Source of the DNA: Carcharhinus longimanus | Taxonomy: Eukaryota | NCBI GenBank assembly: GCA_030264375.1 | Contig: JASCQW010000132.1 | Location: forward strand, 67,175,627 to 67,239,626 | Length of the DNA: 64,000 nt | Direction: 5' to 3' | Part shown: positions 53,601 to 61,524 of the stretch, in pieces | Layout of the letters: every line of letters starts with the position of its first letter | Numbering within the stretch: the stretch's first letter is position 1 | Position numbers and translations under genes: made by a program | Notes under the pieces: generated by a model | Database searches by the model: none | What the model was told of the DNA's origin: nothing | Seen by the model: only the letters and a program-made list of their open reading frames with translations

Positions 53601-56600
53601 GTACGTTCATGAACAAAATTACTACATAATTATCAATATTTTTCAATTTAAAATTTTTTAAAAATCATTAAATATATCATGTAGTCAGGTACATAATGAC
53701 CTGGAAGGTCATAGGGTTAAAGCCTAATCTGAGCTGAGTGAACTAATTCAGTTCCCAGGGAAAGGTTATAATTGGCTCCCAGGGAGGATAAAAAAATAGC
53801 CAATATTCTACTTCTCAATTGCTTCTCAGTGAATCCTTTCTGGCAACAAGAAAGTATGCCTCATCATTGTACTTTCCCACATTTAGGTTATTATTGGATC
53901 GATCCCAACCAAGGGTGTATCATGGATGCCATTAGAGTTTACTGCGACTTTGTATCAAGCGAAACTTGTGTACATGCCAACCCAGACATCACTGAACGCA
54001 AGAACTGGTGGAATAACAAGATTCCCAAAGAACAGAAACACATATGGTTTGGTGAAACTATCAATGATGGTGTCCAAGTAAGTCCAATTCAGATTTTTGT
54101 TGGTAAGGGTAGAACAATACCCTTTACAATAAACGTTAATGCAGCATATGGTATAGTACTTGAAATGTTGGGAAATAGATATCTTATCTTGAATCTCTTT
54201 GTTCCAGTTCACTTACAATGATGAACACATTACTCCATTTGTTATGGGTACCCAGCTGACCTTCCTGCACCTTCTCTCCAATGAAGCCACACAAAATATC
54301 ACCTATCATTGTAAGAACAGTGTAGCATATATGGATGAGGAGACTGGAAATCTGAAAAAGTCAGTTATCCTGCTTGGTTCCAATGATGTTGAACTCCGAG
54401 CTGAAGGTAACAGCAGATTCACTTACAGCGTTCTGGAAGATGGATGCACAGTAAGTCCCTGTTACTTGTCTTAATACTAATCATATCTAGATACACTAAT
54501 TGTGCATGTCATGTAGTGACCAAATGCATTATCTGCTTGCGCACATTCTATTTTGGCTGGAATCAGTAGTGAAGCATCAGAGCTCAATGAAGAGATTAAA
54601 AACTCTGATCTAAATTGTTACAGCAGTGAATATATTTACAATACTCCTAACCAATGGCCTTAATAAGCAGCAGGCATAAGTGGCGATACAGCAGCCTATA
54701 AGTTACCGCACCACGCTGATTATATATTCCAGGTGATATATTGCATGTGCGTAGCTTAGTCAAACCTGGATTAAAAATATTGACTATGTGCAATGAGTTG
54801 CATTGACGCAAACAGGTGCCAGAATATGGCACTAAAGGAATTTCACAATAACTTCACTGCAGTGTTAATATAAGCCTTATTTATGACAAACAAATAAAAT
54901 AAATTAACTCAGATTTTACAAGGAACATGACTCCTAACTCTGAATTTGCGGGAAATATTTTCAAAATAAAATACTACTTTTCTTTATCTTCCATTACATA
55001 CTGTTTTCATTTTCTTTCTCATTTAAATCTTTTGGTAATTTAGTTGTACAAAGACAATTTGGCCCTTCAAGCCACTCCATTTCATTATTAATCTCACCCA
55101 TATTCCTAGCTTCTCTATATCCATTTATCGTTTTTCTGTTCCTTTCACCCATTCTGCATTCATTTAACCACTTCCAGAATTGGCCATGCCTTAACTTTTA
55201 CTTCGTTCACATTATCTCATTGCTCCTAGCATTTTTTATCCTGTAACCATGGAAGTTGGAATATCTTACTAGTGATTGGCTATGACACTGTAAAATGAAA
55301 ATCAAATGATAAGCATTTTGTTCATTTGTTAAATACATCCTGCAAAACAAGGCATCCTAATCACACAAATAAACTGCAACATATAAGACACTCTACATGA
55401 GTAAAGCTTGCGCAAGATGTTGATACCACCCACAATAGACACACTATATAAGAAAATCCATACATGTTTGAAACATTGATAGACCTGTAGCGTGAAGGTA
55501 ATAATAGGAGATCTTAGTAACTTCTGGAAGAATACTTTAAATAACGTGTTGCCTTTCTATTCCTTTATCTGTATTGAAAAAAGAATCATGTGAATTAAAC
55601 TAGTCTGTGGTATTATGTGCTGCTTTGCCAAAAAATAAGACTAGCGTTGTGAGTGTATCTGACATTTTAGCTGTGACTTTTATGGCCCCTCCCACCCCCA
55701 ACTTTAATGGCAGAGGCAGGCCAATTTTAATTCTTGGGCCTTATTTGCAAACCGCACTCAGTTGTGGAGCAGCAATTATATGTTAATGATTTGGACATGA
55801 ATGTGGGGAACGTGATTGAGAAATTTGCAAATGCTCAAAGATTGGCTGAGCAGTGGACAGTGTCGAGGATAGCTATAATCTCCCAAAACGATATAGATGG
55901 GTTGGTGGGAGTGGGTGGTAAAGTGGCAGGTGAATTTTAACACAGGTGTGATAACATAGAGAAGTGTGAGCTAATGCATTTAGAAAGGTCAAACAAGTAC
56001 ACAATAAATGAGAATATACTAAGAGGGATAGATGAAGTGAGAGATCTTAGCGTACAAGTACACAGATCCCTAAAAGTAGCAGTTCAAGTAGACAAAGATA
56101 TGGAATATGAAAGTAAGAATGTTAGGATGGGTTTAAAATACTGGTGAGGCCACACTTGGAGTACTATGTGCAGTTCTGGTCACCACATCACAGGAAGGAT
56201 GTAATTGTTCTGGAGAGAGTGCAGAGGAGGTTTACAAGAATGTTGCCAAGGCTAGAAACATGTAGCTACGAGGAGAGATTGAATAGGTTGGGGTTATTTT
56301 CCTTGGAACTAAAAAGACTGAGGAGTGACTTGATTAAAGTGTATAAAATTATGAGGGGAAGATACAGAGTGGACAGGACAAAATTGTCTCCCTTGGCAGA
56401 AAACTCTAGAACCAAGGGAAATTGATTCAAGATGAGTGGTAGAAGATGTAGATGGGACATGAGGAAGAACGTTTTAAAGCAGAGAGTAGTGGGTGTCTGG
56501 AATTCACTGCCTTACTTGATGGTGGAGGCAGAAACCCTAAACCCTTTTAAAAAGTACCTGGATCTGCATCCTAAACTATAGGGCTATGGGCCAGGTAAAG

Positions 56601-56977
56601 GAAGATAGGATTAGAAAGGGCAACTGGGGGTACTCTGGCTGGCATGGACAAGATGGGCCAAATGGCCTCCTTCTGTACTGTAGGGATGCTATGATTCTTT
56701 TGCAATCTGTTTCTCCTTAGAATGAAACAAATCTAATTTTCCCGATCATAACCCCCGTCATGTTTATCTATTTAACAAATACAAATGCATTGCCTGAAAA
56801 TAACCTTTAATTCTGTTTTACTTGTAACAGAGACATACTGGTGAATGGAGTAAGACAGTCATTGAATACAGAACACAGAAAACATCTCGCTTGCCATTTA
56901 TGGACATTGCACCTATGGACATTGGTGGCCCTGAACAAGAATTTGGTTTGGACATTGGCCCAGTCTGTTTCAAATAA
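5526..56977 (+). CDS. COL1A2: Collagen type I alpha-2 chain (pro-alpha2(I)), spliced gene: 52 canonical exons plus one extra exon-24-like copy
   Basis: Signal peptide [19 protein letters not shown] bounded Gly-X-Y exons follow the canonical 45/54/99/108/162-bp fibrillar size series. Helix is 1014 aa with one exon 24 (K87, G775 and K930 fall at the expected positions). COLFI C-propeptide ends VCFK*. Exons 33 and 34 are unfused, and Ser replaces Cys2. Confidence 0.97.
7487..7688 (+). pseudogene. Decayed VWC (cysteine-rich N-propeptide) pseudo-exon in COL1A2 intron 1
   Basis: Acceptor tctcctgttgcag in phase with exon 1; [14 protein letters not shown], then in a shifted frame VC..SDDII and PDCHP; in-frame TGA, frameshifts, degenerate donor. 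Confidence 0.7.
8333..9024. other. Largest assembly gap (others at 2504-2603, 6900-6914, 26869-26968, 32756-32784, 42124-42223)
   Basis: Runs of N. Confidence 0.99.
9381..9397 (+). CDS. COL1A2: COL1A2 exon 2, 17-bp micro-exon (YTYESE)
   Basis: ttttccacag| ... GAG|gtaagt; converts phase 1 to phase 0 as required. Confidence 0.88.
9490..9507 (+). CDS. COL1A2: COL1A2 exon 3, 18-bp micro-exon (TDQELM)
   Basis: ttcttgcag| ... ATG|gtatgt; phase 0-0; long pyrimidine tract. Confidence 0.85.
9565..11403. repeat. 137-bp inverted repeat pair (9565-9701 and 11267-11403)
   Basis: Manual alignment gives 7 mismatches in 137 bp, no indels. Confidence 0.92.
10543..10932 (-). mobile_element. tRNA-derived SINE interrupted by a LINE 3' end (~10741-10912, Tx1/L1-like)
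   Basis: Minus-strand head GGGGTCAGTTAGCTCAGTTGG; insert reads [15 protein letters not shown] followed by a T-rich tail. Confidence 0.5.
11478..11840 (-). mobile_element. tRNA-derived SINE; its 3' tail is shared with copies at ~2013-2265, ~10040-10170 and a LINE end at ~14500-14890
   Basis: Minus-strand A/B-box-like head (GGGAGGTGATGGTAAAGTGG...GGGTTTGATTCCC); shared motif CCAGCA.TTATTGCCCATCCCTAATTGCCCTTGAG. Confidence 0.65.
11905..12545 (+). mobile_element. Deu-domain SINE (SacSINE1/AmnSINE1 superfamily) split by a MITE at ~12092-12300
   Basis: tRNA-like head; ATTTATCCCTCAA...TGTGGGAGCTTGCT.TGCACAAA.TGG...AAAGTACTTCATTG.CTGTGAAATGCTTTGGGA Deu and tail motifs. Confidence 0.7.
12691..12735 (+). 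CDS. COL1A2: COL1A2 exon 4 (45 bp, minor helix [15 protein letters not shown])
   Basis: AG/GT bounded Gly-X-Y. Confidence 0.93.
13009..13086 (+). CDS. COL1A2: COL1A2 exon 5 (78 bp, minor helix)
   Basis: [30 protein letters not shown] bounded. Confidence 0.93.
13338..13647 (-). mobile_element. V-SINE (HE1-like), inserted in a MITE (~13255-13750)
   Basis: Minus strand: GGCAGCACAGTGGCACAGTG.TTAGCACTGCTGCCTCA head and V-domain GCATGTTCTCCCCGTGTCTG.GTGGGTTTCC. Confidence 0.8.
15084..15134 (+). CDS. COL1A2: COL1A2 exon 6 (51 bp; N-proteinase site FAA|Q, N-telopeptide, first helix triplet)
   Basis: [17 protein letters not shown]; tttttttctcag acceptor, gtatgc donor. Confidence 0.92.
17306..17350 (+). 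CDS. COL1A2: COL1A2 exon 7 (45 bp)
   Basis: [15 protein letters not shown]. Confidence 0.95.
17510..17563 (+). CDS. COL1A2: COL1A2 exon 8 (54 bp)
   Basis: [18 protein letters not shown]. Confidence 0.95.
17666..17719 (+). CDS. COL1A2: COL1A2 exon 9 (54 bp)
   Basis: [18 protein letters not shown]. Confidence 0.95.
19354..19407 (+). CDS. COL1A2: COL1A2 exon 10 (54 bp)
   Basis: [18 protein letters not shown]. Confidence 0.95.
19568..19621 (+). CDS. COL1A2: COL1A2 exon 11 (54 bp; helical cross-link Lys87, KGHR)
   Basis: [18 protein letters not shown]. Confidence 0.95.
19734..19787 (+). CDS. COL1A2: COL1A2 exon 12 (54 bp)
   Basis: [18 protein letters not shown]. Confidence 0.95.
22898..22942 (+). 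CDS. COL1A2: COL1A2 exon 13 (45 bp)
   Basis: [15 protein letters not shown]. Confidence 0.95.
23080..23133 (+). CDS. COL1A2: COL1A2 exon 14 (54 bp)
   Basis: [18 protein letters not shown]. Confidence 0.95.
23166..23395 (-). mobile_element. CR1-clade LINE 3' end, antisense, in intron 14
   Basis: CATAAG repeats followed by GCCATTCAGCCCATCGAG..., the reverse complement of the CR1 tail. Confidence 0.75.
23776..23820 (+). CDS. COL1A2: COL1A2 exon 15 (45 bp)
   Basis: [15 protein letters not shown]. Confidence 0.95.
23940..27390. mobile_element. Fossil PIF/Harbinger DNA transposon in intron 15 (HARBI1-type nuclease remnant on +, Myb/SANT partner remnant on -), with nested CR1, MITEs and microsatellite
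   Basis: + strand [37 protein letters not shown] (23970-24140); - strand [17 protein letters not shown] (~26050-26115); outer boundaries approximate. Confidence 0.68.
26109..26805. repeat. Compound (TG)n-rich microsatellite with a higher-order unit
   Basis: TG/TGTC repeats; unit GTATCTGTGCTTGCATGTCTGTGTGTACTTATGTCAATGTGTCTGT occurs three times. Confidence 0.95.
28415..28468 (+). CDS. COL1A2: COL1A2 exon 16 (54 bp)
   Basis: [18 protein letters not shown]. Confidence 0.95.
29651..29975 (+). mobile_element. V-SINE with CR1-type tail
   Basis: tRNA head, V-domain, GATGGGCTGAAAGACC...CTGCACT tail. Confidence 0.8.
30323..30421 (+). CDS. COL1A2: COL1A2 exon 17 (99 bp)
   Basis: [33 protein letters not shown]. 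Confidence 0.95.
30520..30564 (+). CDS. COL1A2: COL1A2 exon 18 (45 bp)
   Basis: [15 protein letters not shown]. Confidence 0.95.
30675..30773 (+). CDS. COL1A2: COL1A2 exon 19 (99 bp)
   Basis: [33 protein letters not shown]; weak A-rich AAG acceptor. Confidence 0.94.
30907..30960 (+). CDS. COL1A2: COL1A2 exon 20 (54 bp)
   Basis: [18 protein letters not shown]. Confidence 0.95.
31070..31177 (+). CDS. COL1A2: COL1A2 exon 21 (108 bp)
   Basis: [36 protein letters not shown]. Confidence 0.95.
31708..31761 (+). CDS. COL1A2: COL1A2 exon 22 (54 bp)
   Basis: [18 protein letters not shown]. Confidence 0.95.
31922..32020 (+). CDS. COL1A2: COL1A2 exon 23 (99 bp)
   Basis: [33 protein letters not shown]. 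Confidence 0.95.
32690..32743 (+). CDS. COL1A2: COL1A2 exon 24a (54 bp; divergent extra copy at the exon-24 position)
   Basis: catttatag|[18 protein letters not shown]|gtaagt; six perfect Gly-X-Y triplets. Confidence 0.85.
32784..32837 (+). CDS. COL1A2: COL1A2 exon 24b (54 bp; canonical-like copy, first base and acceptor hidden in N-gap)
   Basis: (G)[17 protein letters not shown]|gtaagt; resembles the exon-24 pattern GLxGSxGxxGxxGKxGPx recalled for type I chains. Confidence 0.85.
34038..34136 (+). CDS. COL1A2: COL1A2 exon 25 (99 bp)
   Basis: [33 protein letters not shown]. Confidence 0.95.
35155..35208 (+). CDS. COL1A2: COL1A2 exon 26 (54 bp)
   Basis: [18 protein letters not shown]. Confidence 0.95.
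37549..37602 (+). CDS. COL1A2: COL1A2 exon 27 (54 bp)
   Basis: [18 protein letters not shown]. Confidence 0.95.
38099..38152 (+). CDS. COL1A2: COL1A2 exon 28 (54 bp)
   Basis: [18 protein letters not shown]. Confidence 0.95.
38419..38770 (-). mobile_element. V-SINE with CR1-type tail
   Basis: Same head and V-domain on the minus strand. Confidence 0.8.
39128..39181 (+). CDS. COL1A2: COL1A2 exon 29 (54 bp)
   Basis: [18 protein letters not shown]. Confidence 0.95.
40282..40326 (+). CDS. COL1A2: COL1A2 exon 30 (45 bp)
   Basis: [15 protein letters not shown]. Confidence 0.95.
40422..40520 (+). CDS. COL1A2: COL1A2 exon 31 (99 bp)
   Basis: [33 protein letters not shown]. Confidence 0.95.
42784..42891 (+). 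CDS. COL1A2: COL1A2 exon 32 (108 bp)
   Basis: [36 protein letters not shown]. Confidence 0.95.
43143..43333. mobile_element. Representative short MITE with GC-rich terminal inverted repeats; related copies at ~12092-12300, 18272-18417, 27120-27255, 32357-32460, 34445-34568, 34807-34968
   Basis: Imperfect ends of the type GG(C/T)(G/T)GGA(A/T)TTT(C)...(G)AAA(A/T)TCC(C/A)GCCC with internal quasi-palindromes. Confidence 0.6.
43583..43636 (+). CDS. COL1A2: COL1A2 exon 33 (54 bp)
   Basis: [18 protein letters not shown]. Confidence 0.95.
43756..43809 (+). CDS. COL1A2: COL1A2 exon 34 (54 bp)
   Basis: [18 protein letters not shown]. Confidence 0.95.
43994..44047 (+). CDS. COL1A2: COL1A2 exon 35 (54 bp)
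   Basis: [18 protein letters not shown]. Confidence 0.95.
44249..44302 (+). CDS. COL1A2: COL1A2 exon 36 (54 bp)
   Basis: [18 protein letters not shown]. Confidence 0.95.
44398..44505 (+). CDS. COL1A2: COL1A2 exon 37 (108 bp)
   Basis: [36 protein letters not shown]. Confidence 0.95.
45016..45300 (+). mobile_element. Older CR1-clade LINE 3' fragment
   Basis: TTCTCTCAGAGGGTTG.GAGACTTTGGAATTCTC...GAATGGCGG...TGGTCTACTC. Confidence 0.7.
45655..46013 (+). mobile_element. Young CR1-clade LINE 3' fragment
   Basis: [20 protein letters not shown]-type ORF2 C-terminus plus TTCTTATG tail. Confidence 0.8.
47542..47595 (+). CDS. COL1A2: COL1A2 exon 38 (54 bp)
   Basis: [18 protein letters not shown]. 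Confidence 0.95.
47835..47888 (+). CDS. COL1A2: COL1A2 exon 39 (54 bp)
   Basis: [18 protein letters not shown]. Confidence 0.95.
48611..48772 (+). CDS. COL1A2: COL1A2 exon 40 (162 bp)
   Basis: 18 Gly-X-Y triplets including GPRGDT. Confidence 0.95.
48892..48999 (+). CDS. COL1A2: COL1A2 exon 41 (108 bp; collagenase site G775)
   Basis: [36 protein letters not shown]. Confidence 0.95.
50189..50296 (+). CDS. COL1A2: COL1A2 exon 42 (108 bp)
   Basis: [36 protein letters not shown]. Confidence 0.95.
50395..50448 (+). CDS. COL1A2: COL1A2 exon 43 (54 bp)
   Basis: [18 protein letters not shown]. Confidence 0.95.
50559..50666 (+). CDS. COL1A2: COL1A2 exon 44 (108 bp)
   Basis: [36 protein letters not shown]. 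Confidence 0.95.
50780..50833 (+). CDS. COL1A2: COL1A2 exon 45 (54 bp)
   Basis: [18 protein letters not shown]. Confidence 0.95.
51406..51513 (+). CDS. COL1A2: COL1A2 exon 46 (108 bp; helical Lys930)
   Basis: [36 protein letters not shown]. Confidence 0.95.
51647..51700 (+). CDS. COL1A2: COL1A2 exon 47 (54 bp)
   Basis: [18 protein letters not shown]. Confidence 0.95.
51802..51909 (+). CDS. COL1A2: COL1A2 exon 48 (108 bp)
   Basis: [36 protein letters not shown]. Confidence 0.95.
53351..53600 (+). CDS. COL1A2: COL1A2 exon 49 (250 bp; helix end, C-telopeptide, BMP1 site YRA|DQP, start of COLFI)
   Basis: [33 protein letters not shown]...[18 protein letters not shown]; Ser at the Cys2 position. 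Confidence 0.96.
53887..54077 (+). CDS. COL1A2: COL1A2 exon 50 (191 bp; COLFI)
   Basis: [22 protein letters not shown]...[11 protein letters not shown]. Confidence 0.96.
54208..54450 (+). CDS. COL1A2: COL1A2 exon 51 (243 bp; COLFI with NIT glycosylation site)
   Basis: FTYNDEH...[15 protein letters not shown]...[18 protein letters not shown]. Confidence 0.96.
55775..56698 (+). mobile_element. CR1-clade LINE ORF2 (RT C-terminal) fragment in intron 51
   Basis: [49 protein letters not shown] motifs (ORFs 55734-55940 and 56144-56425). Confidence 0.88.
56831..56977 (+). CDS. COL1A2: COL1A2 exon 52 coding part (147 bp including TAA)
   Basis: [48 protein letters not shown]. Confidence 0.96.
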   Translation, partial: RHTGEWSKTVIEYRTQKTSRLPFMDIAPMDIGGPEQEFGLDIGPVCFK

Positions 56978-57800
56978 ATGAACTTGAGCTAACTTAGAAT
57001 ACTCTCCGCATTTTTTCTTTTATTTTTTACTGAATGCTGACTCATTCCATGTCTTCTGCTCATCCACTTGCTTAAGTTCTGGGCTTAAAGAGAAGTAGGA
57101 GATCCAAAAAAAAGGAACATTGTTTTCTCCATGCAATTTTAATGCAGTTCCCAACAACTTGGAAATTTCAAGAGATTATTGCAGGTGAAATCTTGCCCTA
57201 AAGGTTTAAATCACGAATAATGGAAAGTAAATAAAAGAAAGTGAAAATAAGTGTCATCTGTAGTCTTGAATATTTTTCAAAGAGGAAGTTTATAACCACA
57301 GCTTCCCAAGGTTTAAACTACCTCATATACTTATTTTAAAGTATTAAACACATAATTTCTTTCTCAAAATTAACTGTGGTACTTGGGGTTCAAGTCATTT
57401 TTTTAAAGGTGCTAAGTGGTATTGAACTGTGCAGATACCGTACTTGAAGTACTGACTGTGGTGCTAACTGAATGTCCCATGCCATCTGTCACTATGTGAG
57501 GCCACATTTTCAGTGCTGTGTTAAGTTATGCAGTGGTTTTATTTCATAGTAAAATCCATTGATTATGATCATGGAATCCTCTTGTCTATTCCCAAACTAA
57601 ACATGTGGATACCTTCCTTGCCATTTCCATCTCATTACTTCAGGTGTTCATGCTTTTAGCCATGCACTTTCACTCCAACTGAATGGAAAAAGGTGGCGAC
57701 AGTTCTAAAATCAAATAATAAAAACTAAAAAATGTTCCTATTTTGTATATGTGACAAGTGAGATGTTTTAATAATTGTGAAATAAAGCATGAAAATGTTC
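56978..57800 (+). other. COL1A2 3' UTR with miRNA seed sites
   Basis: let-7 8mer CTACCTCA 57318-57325; miR-29 GGTGCTA 57408-57414 and TGGTGCTA 57459-57466; miR-26 TACTTGAA 57441-57448. Confidence 0.8.
57781..57786 (+). terminator. Distal poly(A) signal AATAAA (alternatives at 57230 and 57717)
   Basis: Follows the block CCTATTTTGTATATGTGA, recalled as also preceding the distal signal in mammalian COL1A2. Confidence 0.75.
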
Positions 57801-60642
57801 TGAAGTAACTTCTCTCATGACTGTGGTTCATGTTACAACTTTGCAAAATAGAATTACCCTCAGTCTCTACCTTCCATACAGACTGAGGTGTAGTTTGGTT
57901 GGGTGTCGCCACCCTTCTCATTATGGAGATGTAAGATTCTTTTCAGTTCAGTGACTGGTAATAAAAGTCTGTTGTTGCCAGTGACATATTGTTTAATTAA
58001 CTGGTACCTTCACTATAGGCCCCAACGTAAATTGGCTGGAAAGTGTAAGGAAAGTAGAATTGGAATGGGCGGTGTCCATTGTTTGGGAGCAATGGATGCG
58101 ATTTGGGAACCAAAATGACATCCAACTTGAGCAAAAATGCTTCTGAACCATGCCAGAGGCCATCTTGTTAAAGGACAAACAAAATGCATCCTGTACCCAT
58201 GTCTGAAACAGATGTTTGTTCATTTGCACAAGCAAATAAGCAGCCTTGCACCTGCTTCTGGTCCCTGCTGCAATTTCAGTTTCCCCTCAAGCAACAAGTA
58301 TCAATGCTGATTGCCTATTAGAAAATCACTTAAATGAAAAATGAGTAAGTTTTTTTCTAAAACAAAAGGTCAATTTTAAATAAGTACTTAATAGAATCAC
58401 CACCACTTCTGGTCCTGAAATCTTGGACCTCATTTCAGATTCTGAACTCCAGGACCTTCAATCTCCCCCTACTCCTACCCTTGACCTCCTAGAGCCTAAC
58501 ATGCCTAGCCCACTTGCACCACCACGCACCCCACCCCCCCTCCCCCCCCAGACTACCCAAATCCCCACCACCTCCAACCCATTCAGTGGTATTCTCAAAG
58601 TCTGCAATCTTTCCACTCCCTCCTCAACAGAAATCCTGAGCCCCATCCGACCCAACCCCTCAACAGTAAATCCAAGGCCTGAAACCTTACTCTCTGACCT
58701 GACTTAAAATCCCAATCAAAAACACCAAGACTGACCCATTCCTCCTCAGTACCCCCATGTTCCAATCTCACCACTTATCTAGGGACCAGAGAACTTAACT
58801 GTGTAGGTTTATAAAGCAGTGTGATGAACTCCAAAGCTCAAAATCAGGCACCTTCCCACATAAGCACAGGCTGTTAGGACTAAGGGTAAGATGCTCAAAA
58901 CAAGACATTCCCAAATTTCTTGGCCATCATTTTGTAAAGTGGAAGGTTGAGGCAAGTGTTAACTTGAATAATTATCAGCTTAGAGCAAACAGAAAGCCTC
59001 TCTAGAACAGAATATTCTGATGGATTTCCTTAGTGTTCATGTTCAACATGATCTTCATCAGAACTCAGAAAAGTGGCAAAATTTGCATTCTTACAATTGT
59101 AAAAATGGCACATATTAAAGTTTGTTGTTGTGTTGCCCAATCAATGATCCTGAATTCAATTTCCATTCTTATGATAATTGGCTACTACTGGCCCACTATA
59201 CAGCACCATCTATTCATGTCCTCTGGCTTTTTCTCCATTATTCACATTGCCTTGTCATTTGTCTCTAAAGACATTGGATCTTTGATGGGATTAAGTTCCA
59301 ATGGCATCATACACCTATGTAACCCTGACAAATGTCCAACTTTCATGCATAAACCTTAATAGTAAGTGCCAATAGCTTATTTGACCACAAAATACCCCAC
59401 AGGTTAAATAGTCCTACTTTTGCAGTAACCATGCATGTATGTATCTTTTTAGTAGGGGCATTGGATAGTCATGAAGGGCAATAACCTTAACTAATTTTTT
59501 TCCCTCCCTCACCAAAAGTACTGCAACCAGTTGTAGCACCAATGTCACACTATGGTTAAAATGAGCAGAGAGCAGGGATTGAGTCTTTTTTATACAAGAT
59601 ACGTTTTTTGAGATGCAATTGTGTATTGAAATTCATAGTCGCTAACATGGTTTGAGGTCCTTTGAATTTCATATGAAGTTTACATTTCAATTAGCTGTAC
59701 ATCGCACCTCTATGGTGGGCAGGAAAGAGTCAGGTGAGGGGTTAAAATTGTGACATCACCTTCAAGTTGCATTCCTGGACACCATAATATTCACGTTTAC
59801 ATCAATGATTCAGGTTCTGGACAAGGACCACATAAGAAAGCAGATAGCAGCTTCAAAGCCAAAAATCAATGATGTCTTCAGCAATGCATTGTAATTTTAA
59901 GGTCCACAAATGGGTAGACCAGACTATTCATGGCCCAACAGCAAAAACATGCCAGAAGGATCCAATTGACCAAAAGAGAAGAAGAGGAAATGTTAATCCC
60001 TGAGGCTTTTCAATGGGCCCTTGGCGTTCACTAGCTTTTCATCCCCTCACTCCTCAGGGAATCCCTAACCCCAACATTACCCCATTCTCTCACCCTAGCC
60101 TATCCCTCCCACTATGATGCCCTCTGTCTACTGTCGAAACTTGTGTCGAATATCACTTGATTCTTATTCCCACCTGCTGGTTGGGTAGTCAATGAGGTTC
60201 AAATCAAGAATTATTCATTCAATTAAGCACCAGCTATTTTGCTGGACCTCCATGTCTCCTACTTTGTCTGGTTCATCATCTACCTCTGAGCGCTTGTGCA
60301 CCCTTCCCATCCCCTCCTGTAAAACTCAGGGTGATGGTCTACAGAAATGTCCCCTCAATCTATTGTTCAAATGACATATTTAAGCACCAGTGTCTCCTAT
60401 AGTCACCCTTGAATAACTAAACCTTAGTCCAGCTGACCGAAAGCAACCAGTGGTGTTCAAAATATGAAGTGCTGTTCACAATCCATTGGTTCCATCCATG
60501 TTGGTAGACAATAATATCACAACAGGAGACATACTACACAGTGTCCAGTTTGGTAGTAAGTACTAATTCAAACATGTTTGAGTGGGTAACAAGTGATAAC
60601 TGAGAATCATCAGTAATTTGTAAAACAACTCTCTTTATATTA

Positions 60643-61185
60643 GGCGACATAGTGATTAGCACTGCTGCCGCACAGCACCAGGGACCCAGGTTTGATTCTC
60701 AGCTTGTGTCACCGTCTGTGCAGTCTACATGTTCATAGAATCCCTACAGTGCAGAAGAAAGCCAGTGAGCCCATTGAGTCTGCAGCGACCACAATCCCAT
60801 CCAGGCCCTATTCCCATAGCCCCATTTATTTACCCTGATAGTCCCATGACACTAAGGGGCAATTTAGCAGGCCAATCAACCTGACCCACACAAGTTTAAA
60901 TTGCGGGAGGAAACCAGAGCACCCAGAGGAAGCCCACACAAACATGGGGAGAATGTGCAAAGTCCACACAGACAGTCACCCGGGATCAGAATCAAATCCA
61001 GGTCCCTGGCGCTGTGAGACAGTAGTGAGAACCATTGTGCCATCGTGTCTGCATTGGTTTCCTCTGAGTGCTCCGGTTTCCTCCCAGAAGCGCCAGAGCG
61101 TAGTGACTAGTGGATTTTCATAGTAACTTCATCGCAGTGTTAATGTAAGCCTACTTGTGACATTAATAAATAAACTAAACTAATA
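60643..61185 (+). mobile_element. V-SINE containing a nested antisense V-SINE (~60735-61045)
   Basis: Host V-domain is split at CATGTTC|...|TCTGCATTGGTTTCC; the insert has its own head and a CR1-type tail on the minus strand. Confidence 0.78.
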
Positions 61186-61524
61186 TTAACATTTAAAATT
61201 ATGAAACAATTCTACAGAATTTACTTCTCCTTTAAGCTTATTAGATTAGTTAATGCATCAACTGAAACAGAGATAAAACAGCAAAATCAAGAAGATATAT
61301 AACAGCAATATTGTGAAGTTGGGATTCTTCAGTGATGATAAACTCTTTGTTTATAGCATAACTTCAGCCAATAAGCACTGCTCATTCAAAGCACACAGCT
61401 GACATTTTCTCCATTGGGGTTCATCCAACCTCCCACCATAAATGCAGCAGAAGCTTGACAGCAACTGTGTAAACTATTGTTTGTGCCATTTCTCAGTTTT
61501 TTCAACACAGCTGTGGTGGGAGAA

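Noticed and set aside
56144-56425. 93-aa ORF as an independent gene
   Set aside because: It is a CR1 ORF2 remnant inside intron 51.
5526-56977. Assignment as COL1A1, COL2A1 or COL3A1
   Set aside because: Signal peptide, absence of an intact VWC exon in the visible sequence, unfused exons 33/34, Ser for Cys2, Lys-free C-telopeptide and the FK* end all fit COL1A2.
56973-56978. AATAAA overlapping the stop codon as a poly(A) signal
   Set aside because: It arises from AAA-TAA-A coding sequence, and conserved-looking UTR continues for about 800 bp.
58423-58707. Pro-rich 94-aa ORF downstream of the gene
   Set aside because: C-rich low-complexity sequence, probably inside a repeat; no splice or homology support.
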